Source: Dimorphilus gyrociliatus | Lineage: Eukaryota > Animalia > Annelida | DNA: 64,000 bases | Direction: 5' to 3' | Assembly: GCA_904063045.1 (NCBI GenBank) | Contig: CAJFCJ010000028.1 | Span: 558,001-622,000, forward strand | Part shown: in pieces, positions 1 to 12,543 of the stretch | Layout: each line of letters starts with the position of its first letter | How positions within the stretch are numbered: the stretch's first letter is position 1 | Position numbers and translations under genes: made by a program | The notes under the pieces: generated by a model | Seen by the model: only the letters and a program-made list of their open reading frames with translations | Database searches by the model: none | What the model was told of the DNA's origin: nothing

Positions 1-3000
1 TAAATAGTTTATTGAAATAAAGACTTCTTTGAGTGTGAACTTTCTAACGGGTTCATAAAAATTCTTACTAAAATTCCTTTTATTAAAAGCTTCAAAGGTT
101 TTCGAGCTATAAAATTAAATCCTTTTTATTTACATGATAAAATGATTCTTTTGTTAAAGGTCTCTACTATCGGACGAAGTGGAATTGGGCAACAGTGAGG
201 CCAGACAGGAGAGGATAAATTTTATATATAGGGTCTGATATATTATAGAATATGTAAAAGGAAAAGGACATATTCAATCATATCTGCTTGTTATATCATA
301 CTTGTAAATATTGTAATATATCTCTTTATATTAATATCTTCAAGTTTACACTTGAAAAACACTCGAATAAGACACGATAAAAAATAGAAATTTTGAACAA
401 TTTCACTATATTTAAAGGGTCTACAAAGGTATATATTAGAGGGTAAACAGTAAAAGTATTGCAATCGAAAAAAAAAGAAACTTTTAACTGTTTTTTATGG
501 TAGAGTACAGTTGATTTTTATCTTTTATAGTGATCAATTTGCTTTAAAAGAATCTCTCACCATTGATTTCAATACGCTAATGGAATTTTCAACTTAAAAT
601 GAATATATCTTTTAAAAGTAAAAAATACCCAATTATATATAGTATAAAAAAAGTATCATTTTATAAATAACTGTTCAAAATGTCATCTGTCTAAGGCATA
701 GTCAGTAACTTCCAAGTCATATTCGTGTATATATAAGTGTATATATATATATGATATTTATTCAGATTCAAACTTTTATACAAAGGATATTTTTGAATGT
801 TAAAGTTGAAAAATAATGCCTACATTATCACTTTTTAAGTAGTTCAAGTTTATGTAAACTTTACCAAATATATTTTTTTATAGCTATTCCTTTTTTATTT
901 AATGCTCATAGGCCTATTAATACTAAAAATATTTTTTGCTTTATGCCGTAGTATATGGCATAGAGATGTTAAAAATAGGAATGAAAGATTTTTAATAGAT
1001 AATAGAGATTTGAAGATTAATGGAAAAAATTGAATAGTAATTTTTATTAGAATAGAAAGAGTGGAATGATTAAGAATAATAAAGAAGCTAAAAGTTTATT
1101 CTATATGCAAAACTTGCTGGCTTGCTGTTTTTCTCTTGGCTCAAAATACTAACAACACATTGCAACTCTTTATATAAACCAATTGCCTTCGCTACTTCTG
1201 ATTCTTTCTCTATCCTTCTTCCTCTCTCTTTCTCTCTCTTATACTGTATACCCCTCCCATTTCTTATTAATTCGTTTTTCTTTGAATTTCGTGCTTCCTT
1301 ATTCACTTCTTTTCATTTGATACCCACTTTTTTTTTATACAGACCATTACTTAACTTTAATACTTTCTTTATGAATAATAATAAAAAAAACACATGTATG
1401 AAAACTTTCGCCATTCTTTTCTTAACCTTTTTTGTGTAATAATAATAATAATAATAAATATAAAAGGTATCTTTGAAGAATTTAGATTTTCTTTTCCTTT
1501 TCTTTCTTTCTATCTATCTATCTCTCTCCTCTCTCTCTCTCTCTTCTATTCTCTTTTTTCTTTCTTGCCCTTTCCTTTTCTTAAAAATTCTTTATGGTTA
1601 AAAAGTAGAAAAGATTGAATAAAAATGCCCACGTGTACTATTAGATTTTCTCTTCTGCCTCATAATAGGCCTATTTAACTGTTCATACATACAACATATT
1701 CGACATTTAAAAAGAATTGTTTACACCGTTGGGTTTAGAGTTTATGTAATATAAAGCTAGTTATACGAATTTGCGGTTAACGTAGTTTGTTTTATAGTAA
1801 GTGAAGGAGGTTTGAAGATTTTTACAGTTAGTAGGTCTATAAATTAATATTGTTATAGTTTATATGCAAAGGTTAATAATAATAATAACAACAATAATAG
1901 AATATAGAATAAATTATCGCATAACAGTTAGGAGAGCATTAGAAAGTTTGCAAGGTTATGTTTATCATTAAGGCTAGCACTTTAGCTATTATTCTGTTTA
2001 ACGTAAAAATTCTCGATTGCATGTCAACTATAGAATAGAGTAGAAAAGTTTCGGGTCTTAAAAATACGAAAGAAACTATTGCAAATGATATATAAATAGA
2101 AAATACTTTTTGCTCAGAATGCGTAAAATTGTTTATGAATATCAAATATAGAAACATTTGATTGAAAAATAAAGGTTATTTTTGAAGAGTTAATAAAAAG
2201 AATAAAATAAAAAAGGTTAGGTTTAGCCCAATCTGTTATGCGTAGGCCTAACCGACGATGAATCCCATTAAACGTGCTTCGAATTTTATAACCCCAATTT
2301 ATAAATTAAAAGTAGATTGATTCGTATTAAAATAGACTGGGAGAAAGCGAGAACTAAAGATAGAGGCAGGGAAACTATTTCATTGATAGAGCTGTAAGCT
2401 TATTTTTGACATCTATTTATTATGGAAAACGTAATATTTTGTATATCTTGTACGGTCTATCAATCTTTGAAAAGGAAAAAGAATAACACAGAGTAGAGAG
2501 GTAGGAGAGAAAAAAATCACTTTGTCGATAACTTTTACGCCTTAGGCCTATACCGACATATATTAAGTAACTGAACAATAATTAAGAGACAATAAACAGT
2601 TAGAGGTTAAATATCAGATTCCGCCCAATCGGACACTTTTACATCTGGGTAATGGAGTAAAAAACGTCATTTTATGTCGCACTTGACAATAGAATATTGT
2701 TTTTCCCCTACTCCTTGCTATTAAGTACTTTCAATATTGGGCGATCATCTTTCTAATCTAATAACAATAGGATATAAAGATAAGAAAAGGATACTTGTAA
2801 AGATTTCTTTAAAAATATGTCACTTTTTTCACGATATTAACAAGAATCCAAAAAAAAGAAGAGAAAGAAGAGAAAGAAGAAGACAAGTTCAGATCATAGT
2901 CCAAAACGTATAAAATAACCTTAAAATTTTTAACAAAACGATTTCTTATTCTTTTCAAGTTCAATAGTGAAAATATAAGAAAAATTCATATACAGTATAT

Positions 3001-6000
3001 TGTCTATATACGTTTCTGCATAGTATATATCTACTGTATATAATCATTGAGCAACTAGCCACATGTGTTTAACCAAATGCGTTATATCGTATTACAATCA
3101 TAGGGTCGGAAAACTCTGGAACTGCAATACATTTTCTCCAGATTAATTGATAATATATATCAGAACTGAGTCTATTTTTTCCTTTATTTGTGTATAATTT
3201 CAATATTTATTTACAATTTGCAAAGTTATATTACCTCTCTTTCAAGTAATATTACTTAATATTTTAATTTTCTCTATAAACCTTCTTCAGTTGTGTATAT
3301 ACTATACTTTCTTTTCTTTTCTTTTTGTTATAATTTACATGAAATTAATGATCTATTCAACACGTGTTCTAAGTTCCTTTGGCAAAGAAAGGAGGGAATC
3401 TTGCCTTTCAACAAGTTAAATTATCCCAATTTTTCATTAAAGAGAAAACAACGACTGCTTATTCTCTTCTTTCTATTATTTTCGTTTTTTTCTTCTATTT
3501 TGTTTTAATAAAATTAACTTTTAACAAAGTCTATATTTATTTAAATAAACTGATAATTTAATATTAAATTTTTGTTCTATTTCTTTCTATTTTAAGTACA
3601 AAGTATGCATAAGAATAAAAGAGGAAAACATGCATTTAATTAAAACGTTAGAATCGATAAATGGATATCTTTGCTTTCTTTCTTGTTTTAAAGTTTTACT
3701 TTCTATTAAAAAGTTTTAACTTGTTTTCATTGTAAATTTATACTAGTCTGACTCTGTTCAGCACGTGTTTCCAAGAGTTTTCCAACTTAACTAATTCAAA
3801 GAAGGCAAAACACACTTATTTTTTTGGATTTTCCTTTTTTTTTTTACATTTGACAAATTGACAAACAATATAATAGAAATCATCGGATAATTAATTACTA
3901 TATATAAGTACAGTATAAAAAAGAAAGTATAGATCAAGTTGTCTTGAAACTCTCTATCTATCTCCATCGAATCTTTGACAAGGATCCAAAAAAGAGGAAT
4001 ATAAGCAGCAGAAATATAAACAAATGTTCAAGAAGAGTGGAATTCTTTGCCGGATGTTTAGAGATTGATTGATAGAAGATTCGTGGATTAGTGGGAAAAA
4101 TCGAAAGTATTTGAAAAAATAGCTTGAAATTATAAGGAATTGGGGGAAGGAAAATTCTCAAAACAGCAACTTCAAAAGCTGTTTTCCGGCTATAAAACAC
4201 GCGAGTTTTGCAGTTGTTTGGCAGATGCAACAACACACATTACACGGCCGCTTCATCTTTTACGATCGCTTCGTTTCCGACCCCCTCCCTCTATCTTCTC
4301 TACTAAGCACCTTGCTCGCCCTTTCTACCCTTCTCGCCCTATGATCGTCGCTCCTCCCCACTTCTCTCTTTCGTTATCTGATTGAGTATAAACTCAGAGA
4401 TGAAAGAAGTGATATACAGATTTCACTTCCTTTATTCCTAAAGATTCGCATCACTCGACCCGTATTTTTTTAGAATATACAATTTATATTCGAAGGTGGG
4501 AGGGCGCCATGAAGCTGTAAAAGGCTAAAGGAGTAGGTTGGAACTGGGAGGTGACGGTTCCTATTTAACGCCCCCCAGTCATTTACTCACTAGTGGAATG
4601 ATTTATTTGTCATATATTCTTTGAAAGACTACTATTCAACAATATCCTCGTTCTAAGCGCCGCGTCACGCCTTATATTTTTCATATAATAGTCTACCTTT
4701 CGTATAACTTGAACTTTAAGTATAAATATACATAAAAAATTAGGTGACTTAAACAGCAATAATATACCGACAACAGATGTTAAGTCATACTCCTCTTCTT
4801 TGACTATTGGCCTATGTAAATAGTCAACTTAACCGTTAAAGAGCGGAAAGGAAAAAATAAAAAGAGAATAAATATAGAGAGGGGAAGAGAACCTAACCTA
4901 ACGGTAAAGCGTCATTGGTGTTTTTTTTTAAAAAGTCACCGTACAGCCTGGCAGGTGTTTGGCACGTGTTTCTTTTTTGGTTTATTTCATTTTATCTTAT
5001 TTATTTATTTATATTTTTTTAAAAAAAAAAAGAATATAAGAAAAACTTTTTAGTTTTTTATTCTATCGAAACAGTTCAATAACTTTTTCTATTCCAAAAC
5101 GCTCTGATAAGAGATAAGATTGGTTGTAAAATTATTAAGTACGAACAATCGCGGTAGCATTAAATTTCCTAGGCATATGATCTGCTAGCAGCCCGCCCGC
5201 CTAGAAAAGGATCGTCCCCATTTTATCTTATGGTATCTACCATAAACAGTGGCGCCCTCTAATAACAATTTTCATGTCTCTACTATCTATCGGATACGCT
5301 TGATAGGTTGTAATAGGTAAGAAAAAAACAAAAGTTTGCTATTTAAAAGTTACTAAATGCTGATAATCAGAAATTACTATAAAAAAAGTTATTGAATAAT
5401 ACGATAAAGATTTTATGAACTTTTGAATCTGCTATCTTATTGAAGCCATTGAATAACACGCATAAAACCGGTATAAACAACACTAGAAGCTATTTTTTTA
5501 AAGCCGTTTTATACCCAAATTTTATCCTTTTCTTTGATTAAACAGACAAATATATTTTGATGATATAAACTTGACAAAAAACATGAAATAAGCAAAAATT
5601 TACGACATCACTCGACTAAATGTGATAGCTAGGCATTTTGGGCAATTAAAATCGAATTAGCTCTTAGGGTTAGGTCGTTGGGGGGTAAAGGAATAAGAGA
5701 GTGGGAGAGAAAAGGCTTGGAAGGAGGAGAAGAGTTGAAAAATGCCCGTAGGCTATTCTATCGCATTCCAGAATCGAAAAGAGCTTCCCTTTCCTTCTCT
5801 TTATATCATACATCTCTAACCTTCCTATCGACTACCCCCCGTCCCGACTTCTTTCTTTCTTTCATTCAATTTTACTTTTATCTCGAGCACTTTCACTCTC
5901 CTCCCATCTTTTTACGAAGAGACCTTGGCTCTAGAAATTATTCGAAAAGCTCTCCGGCAGCTCGGAAGCCGCTGAATGAGATTTTTTTTATCTCCGTCTC

Positions 6001-6944
6001 GACCTTTCTTGCATTAAACCTACACTACTGATGGACCGGTACTCTTGATAAGGATTTTTACTGTTTGTATTGATAAAAGATAGCTTAATTTGCTGATTGA
6101 TACCGAAATCAGCGTTAAGTAAGTTTTTTTTGAATCTTTAATAAATTTCTAAGAATAGTAAAAAAGTTTGTACAAACCGTTGAAAGGATTTTGAGAGTTT
6201 GCTAATAAATGACATAGGAAAACACAAATTAAAGAGTAATAATGCATATCCAGTTTTCTTTTCGAATTTTTAAATTATATGCAAGTTTGCTCCATCAATC
6301 ATCTTTTTCTGTGAATATAATATAACACCAAGTTAGTCTCTATCTCAGCTATCCGAATGCTCCCATACTACTGGCAGATCGAGAAACTAGGCCAATAGTA
6401 TAGGTTTAAAAACTGACATGCGCACTGGGAATTCGAGTGTTGATTGGATAGTTTACATTTGCCGCTAGATATTCAAAAAAGTTTTTGGGGTTTATTCAAA
6501 ATTTGTATTCTATGTTGCATTGTTATCAAAGTCAAGAGGGAGCAGGTGCCTTGAAATCTAGGTCGTTATGTATCCAAGATAAGAAAGGCATACACCCTAT
6601 ATTTTTTTAATAGAAACATATCAACAATACGCCATCTATTATCAAATTTACGTATTATTCAAAACAATCAAAAAACATTTATCTCAGCCAAGTATAAGTT
6701 TTTTTCCAAAAAAAAAGAGAAAAAAGTAGAATAAACATATTTCTCTAAGTCAAATAATGTAACTTAAAAGTTACCGATAAATAATTATAGGCCTAGAAGG
6801 CAAGATCGCTTTTTAGATTATAAACGCGTTAGCGATATAATCAGTCAGTGTTGCATAAAAACTTTTCTAGTGGCTCCTTTGCAAAAATGTTTAGCATGAA
6901 AAGAGTAGTGTCTGTATAAGTAATAGTGTATAAGCAATATATCA

Positions 6945-6947
<3 letters not shown>

Positions 6948-6985
<38 letters not shown>
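6948..6985. repeat. (TA)n microsatellite
   Basis: About 19 uninterrupted TA units. Confidence 0.9.
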
Positions 6986-6986
<1 letters not shown>

Positions 6987-7602
6987 CAAAAAGGACATTT
7001 TTTAGTGTACATGTGTGTCCTTTTACCTCATTTCCAACCTTGAAAAAAATTGTTTTTTTACAGCTGATAAGATAATAAAATAAACAAATTTTTTTTACTT
7101 CATAATTTAAATTGAAAAATATAGACACATAAAATATATATTATCTCTTTCATCCATAAGATTACACTGCTATTGATTCAATTATACTTAAAAGTTACCT
7201 CTTTTCCTATATAAGGCATATAAGGAATTTATATAATTCATATTTTAATATTTATATATACACTGTATATATAAATATATAAATACTCTTCAAGATTGGA
7301 AAGATTAAATAGAAGAAAAGTTATTTTTTGTTAGAAAACTTGTTTTAGACATTTTTAACAATAGCTATTGTAAGTATAATCTATCTTACAACTACTTTCT
7401 AATTTTAAATAACGTACCTATTCATAGATTCAAACTTATTGAAATATATCTTTATAGTTGGTTTTACCCTATTTTCTTTAGCTAATAAACTACTTATATA
7501 ATAAAATTTAACGTTAGGTGGCGTAGTGGTAGGCATGTAAATAAGGTTTTACTGTATTGTTTTAATAGGGAAGGGAGAGGGGGAAAAACCTGTTAGAGAC
7601 GT

Positions 7603-9901
7603 TTATATTAAAGTTATTTCACAGATTTCTTCGGGTTGACCATTTCCAGATCCGAATAGGACTATGTAAACATCATTACACAAATCATTCTGACATTCGC
7701 ATATGTACTTGCACTTTGTTGCTTCCGCAGATTCGCTAGTCCATGTGCCAGAGCAGATCATCTTCAGTTTTGGATTTGTAATATCCGTAAGATATATAGT
7801 TAGATAATTATTTGAATCGTCTAGAAGATTACGTTCACTAGTAGAATCGTTAAAAGTAACAATAACTTGTAGAAACTTCTTGTTGAAGTTTTTTGGCTTT
7901 AATTTTATCAAGAAATAATTAGATTTATCAAATTTAGTACACGTTGTTTCATCTTTATCGTACATGTAGGCAAGTTCTAAGTGTTGATTACATAATGTAT
8001 TATTGTTTAAAGTATTATTTGTATTCGTATATATGTCAAATGAATACGTTTTAACTTTCTTCTTTTTCTTTGCTTTATCTATTAATTAGAAAAAAGTTGA
8101 CAAACAGTTATTTATTGTTATTGTTACGTAATTGAATTGTTTGTCTTTATTTTTATCATATAAAGTAGTTATATATTTTTTATATATTTTACCTGAAAAC
8201 CAGTTAAATATTTGAATTTCATGCGCTAAAGTTGTAGATTCTGAACCAAAGCGAACTTTATTTGGGTCCAATTTATTACCAGTAGAATTTATTGACAGTA
8301 ATGTTTCTTGTTTGTCAAATAAACGACCAAATTGTATACTCTCGCTGTTCCATTTTACAAAGAATTTCTCCCATTCTAAGTATTTTGGAGACAAAGAACC
8401 AGAATTTGACAAACCGTTATACGTATTTAATACTGCTGTTTCATTGTTAATTTCCAACTGAAAAATAGGTAATAAAACGATTGTTAATAGGTAATTTAGA
8501 ATATTTGTCTCTTATCTTTGTCTTTACTTTAATTAATGTTTGATTTTCCTTTAACAAAATCATTATCAAATTACTAAAAGTATTCTCTTGAGCGTTTAAA
8601 CTTTTAATACTAAATTCTATTATATTCCAATCTTTACTTTCAGCTTTATATAATCCATTAGAATTTAAGGAATCTATTCCAGAATAGTACGAAAATAGTG
8701 TATCATCTGGAAAATATTAAGATATTTACCAAATGACCTAAAAGATTTAATAGTAAATTTATCATTATAATGAATTTTTTTTTGTTACCATTATTAAACA
8801 TTCCTATAAATACTATTCCAACTTTATCTTGGTCTTCGGACCAAACTTCTTTAACAGTTAATTTAAACCATTCAATATTTTCAAGTTCCTTATCAAAGCA
8901 ATTTATCTTATAATCACTGTTTCTTTCGATTTGTAATAGTTGTTTGTCGCCATTAGACCATAATATTTTGGCTACTTTTATTTGAATATTTCCCATAGCT
9001 GTTATTGGATTTATTATACAGAATTTAAAATTGGACACTGATTGAGAAAGATTAAATAATAGATTTATTTCGCTATCATTACAACTCAATCTCTGACATT
9101 TTGATGATAGCCAATAGTCAAAAGAATAATTCTGTATTTGATTGCAATCTTTCTTATCTTCAGTACTAATATCAGTGCATTTTGTTATTAGGTTACTTCC
9201 GTAAACTTGGCTCATTTTCTCACCATTTTCGCCTATAAGTAATAATAAATATAAGCGACTTATGCATATAAATATTGAAGAGAAAGGAAATTTTTAAGTT
9301 GAGACTTACTCGTGTAACCCCATACTCCTATCTCCCCAAGGGCAAATTCGAATGGGTCTGGTTCGTAATATCTCTCAGGAGAAAAAACAAGAGAAGATTG
9401 ATCTTTTAAATGAACTACATGACATCTATAGTCATAATCTTTTTGAAGATTTAGGAAAAGATTTTTCGGAGTGTCTTCTTCCTTGAAAGTTACTCGAATT
9501 TTCTCAATAAAGGAAGTTGTATTTGAATTTCTTGTGAATCCTTGACGAAAGCAAATTTGCTGAATGTCATATTTTCTTGCAAATGTTACAGTAATATTAA
9601 CAAAAGTACAAGATTCTTCTAAGCCGCATTTTATTACAAATGAACTTGGTTGCTGCCATATTGGGCTTAGTGAATTTTTACATTCGTAAGTAAAATTAAA
9701 TTCCTCAAATTCGGCTTTACTCGTATTGCAAATAGCGTTATTTTCCAATGAAGCAAAATTTTTAAAAGCTCCATCTGTTAAAGAAGATTATAATTGAAAA
9801 TATATTATATAATAATGATTTCTTGAAATAAAACAACCTAAATTGAGTTGATAAGTTTTCAATAACAGCGAATATATGAATAATATTATAAAGAGAAACA
9901 T
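7603..9901 (-). CDS. Uncharacterised secreted multidomain protein, paralogue B (630 aa): signal peptide, two galactose-binding/discoidin-like domains, FAMeT (Methyltransf_FA)-like domain, C-terminal Cys-rich domain
   Basis: Six exons: 9901-9838, 9774-9310, 9232-8789, 8706-8528, 8457-8193, 8078-7603. All five introns are GT-AG (63-114 nt, phases 1,1,1,0,1) and the exons sum to 1893 nt (631 codons). Hydrophobic N-terminus MFLFIILFIYSLLLK, many NxS/T sequons, no TM helix. WEKFFVKWNSESIQFG resembles the FAMeT-domain F-W-x-x-W...I-x-x-G motif. Domain names are by motif resemblance only. Confidence 0.8.
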
Positions 9902-10386
9902 TGGTCTTTCTCCTTCTTCTTCCTAACGTTGAAGTAGCAATGAAAACAGTAAAAATGAAAAAGAGAATACAAACAATCAAACTTCAATTAGTATATGAAA
10001 TACAACTAATTGACTTCATTAAAAACTGTAAAATGAAAAAGTCCGCTCAAATGATTTAATTGTCTTCTTTATTCTATCTCTTTGATGATTTATTAATTAT
10101 TAATTATTAAATGAAGGTTACTCTTAATTAATTAAAAATAGTTGAAGGAGAAAAAAAAGGGCACAAACTTTTTTTTTTAAAGAAACAATATAAACTATTA
10201 TTCTGGAAATAAGATAGTAAATTACCAGGATGATTGATGATACGAGTCTATCTATTGGCAGTTTAATAAATCAAAATATTTTTTTTCTTATTTTTTATAT
10301 TGAATATACAGTATTTTAAGAAAGATGAATTCTGCAAGATGGTCATCTTCAGTAGGTTAATTCGAGAGATATCAAAAACAGACTTT

Positions 10387-12543
10387 TTATTCTATGAAAT
10401 CATATGTTATATCACATATATGAAATGGTAGATGATTTACTTTTGTATACATAATATTAATATTATTGCAATTGTCTTCAACACACGTACAAGCAAATGA
10501 ACAGGTTATTAAATTACCCGCCCCTGTTTGACTATTTAATTTACATATAGACAAAAAATTTGAAGAGGTGCGTACAAGAACTACAATATTATTCTGGTTT
10601 TGTCTATCGATATCACAGGCATCAGGTAAATCCTTTACAGTAATTTTTACTTTAACAGTTTCCCTATCTGACGGTAAATTATTGTGTTTAACAGTCATTT
10701 TCACCCAATTGTTAAATGAAATACAACTAGCCATATTTCTATCAATTAAATTTTCAAAGTGTTTCTTCATCAGACAAGAAGAAGGACTATTAGCTTCAAC
10801 TGTAAAATCCTTATCCAAATCTGCGGCTAAATTTAGAGCATACAAAAAGAAAAATTATCACAACGTTATCTATTGTATTATCGATTAATTAATTAGGAGA
10901 TTTTACCTTCAAACCAATCAAGGAATCTAATTTCAAAGATATTTAGCTTATTTATTGTTTTAATTGCCAAACTTTCCGGTAAGAATGGGCCGTCTTTGTC
11001 TATAGAGAGTATCTCTGTTTCATTTTCTAAATCATCGGAAAGTATTCCAAATCGTACTTCATCAGACCAATCAATGTAAAAATTTACCCATTTGTTACAA
11101 CTTAAATATGAATTTTCTGAAGTTTCTTCATCACCATTAACGGATAATATATATCTAGGTGCCGTTAATTTTTCCATAGTTAACTTTAAAGAAAAACTCT
11201 TTTAATTAATAGATTAATATAATTATCTATAAATCATCATTACGGTCATAATTGGAGCCAATTTTTCGTATAAGATTATATAGAATCCATTACAATTTGA
11301 ATGGGATCTTAGAGAAAATTTTGTAATATTCCAGTTAGCAGGTCTAGCTTTGTAAAGTTTATATTCATCTTCACGAGCTTTTATTGACAACGAATTTCGC
11401 TCTATTTTATAAGGAAAAAAAGACATGAATTTATACAAAGAATCGTCTATATTAACGGTCTACCAGATTTGATTACTGCTATCCAATCAATTGTCCAAAT
11501 TTGGGGTATTTCAACACCTGAGACAGCTTCTGGAGTAAATTTAACCCACCTTTCAATATCTGATCCATTATAATTTAAACATTTGACGTTATGAGGTGAT
11601 GAGTCAAGATTTATACTCTGAGTATAGCCTGAGCTCCAAGTAATAAGCCAAAAATTGTATTGACGATCGACCACATTTTTAGCGCATATTTGGTCAGGCC
11701 TGATTGCTTCGGTTAATGTAACATTAAATTCAAGACCATCCACAGGGCAAGACGGCAATGGACAGTTTACATCGTCGTCGGTAGGTCCATATTTTATAAT
11801 GTTGTTACATTTTGGAGATGGTATTATAGAAAGACAACTATCTAGATAATTTCTTCCATACTCTTCGGCCGGAAAACTTGTTATTTCGGCTTTACAAATA
11901 AAAGAAAAGAATAATAAATAATCAGTTGACTTTCCTGAAACAAAAAACAATTAAACGGAAGAAAGTACACCAACGGTTATGTGCCCATACGCCGACTTCA
12001 TTAAATCCAATATCATTAACGCTTCCAACAATTGTCAACTCTTTAACGTAAATTCTGATTTTATTACAATGGACAAAGTTGATTAAATGACATCGATACT
12101 CGTAATCATCCTCCAAGTCAAGTTGGCGAGTTTGACCATTACACTGGACATCAACTTTTTTGATTGCTTTTGATTGACCGATATAAGTGTTTCCGTAACC
12201 TTGGCGGAAACATATCAATTGCAGATCGTAGGAAGTTTTAAAAGAAATATCAAAAAAGCTAGTATGGCACATGCTAGAGCAATTAAATAAGAGAGGATTA
12301 GGATCTCTCCATATCGGCTTTAAGGCATGAGTACAGCTATATGTAAAACCATTTATTGTTTTTACACCAGGTGAAACAGATAGGCATGTAGCTCCGGCAT
12401 CCACAGAGGCAACGTTTACGAAAGCTCCATCTTAAAGAAGCATTATACATTATGAAGAAATAATAATAAAATATAATTAACAAACTTGTGTTAAATTGAA
12501 GAGAAGAGCGGAAATTTAAGATAAGAATGAAGAGAATTTTCAT
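10387..12543 (-). CDS. Uncharacterised secreted multidomain protein, paralogue A (604 aa), same architecture as paralogue B
   Basis: Six exons: 12543-12486, 12430-11975, 11889-11464, 11401-11244, 11183-10907, 10826-10387. GT-AG introns of 55-85 nt, phases 1,1,1,0,1; total 1815 nt (605 codons). Signal-like MKILFILILNF. Motifs shared with B: GAF-x-N-x-AS, ICFRQG, DY-x-YRCH, E(V/I)GVW, YG-x-N, W-x-x-F-x-x-x-W, IC(D/E)IT. Confidence 0.8.

Noticed and set aside
160-238. GC-rich segment after acceptor ttttgttaaag that could be the last exon of an upstream gene (SLLSDEVELGNSEARQERINFIYRV*)
   Set aside because: All three frames are briefly open and no upstream exon or homology is visible in the window, so the frame cannot be chosen.
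1088-7128. ORF-track entries such as 1122-1439, 3293-3561, 3958-4385, 5678-6031 and 6841-7128
   Set aside because: They are translations of pyrimidine- or purine-rich low-complexity DNA and microsatellites (F/L/S/I/Y or K/R/E rich), with no domain motifs or splice-consistent context.
10026-10227. Acceptor upstream of paralogue B considered as a trans-splice/operon site
   Set aside because: A plausible cis donor (CTG|GTAATT near 10227) lies upstream, so an ordinary 5'UTR intron explains it.
10568-10888. Plus-strand 106-aa ORF; similarly 14244-14492, 14722-15009, 43540-43731, 50611-50796, 54480-55077
   Set aside because: Antisense shadows of real exons on the opposite strand.
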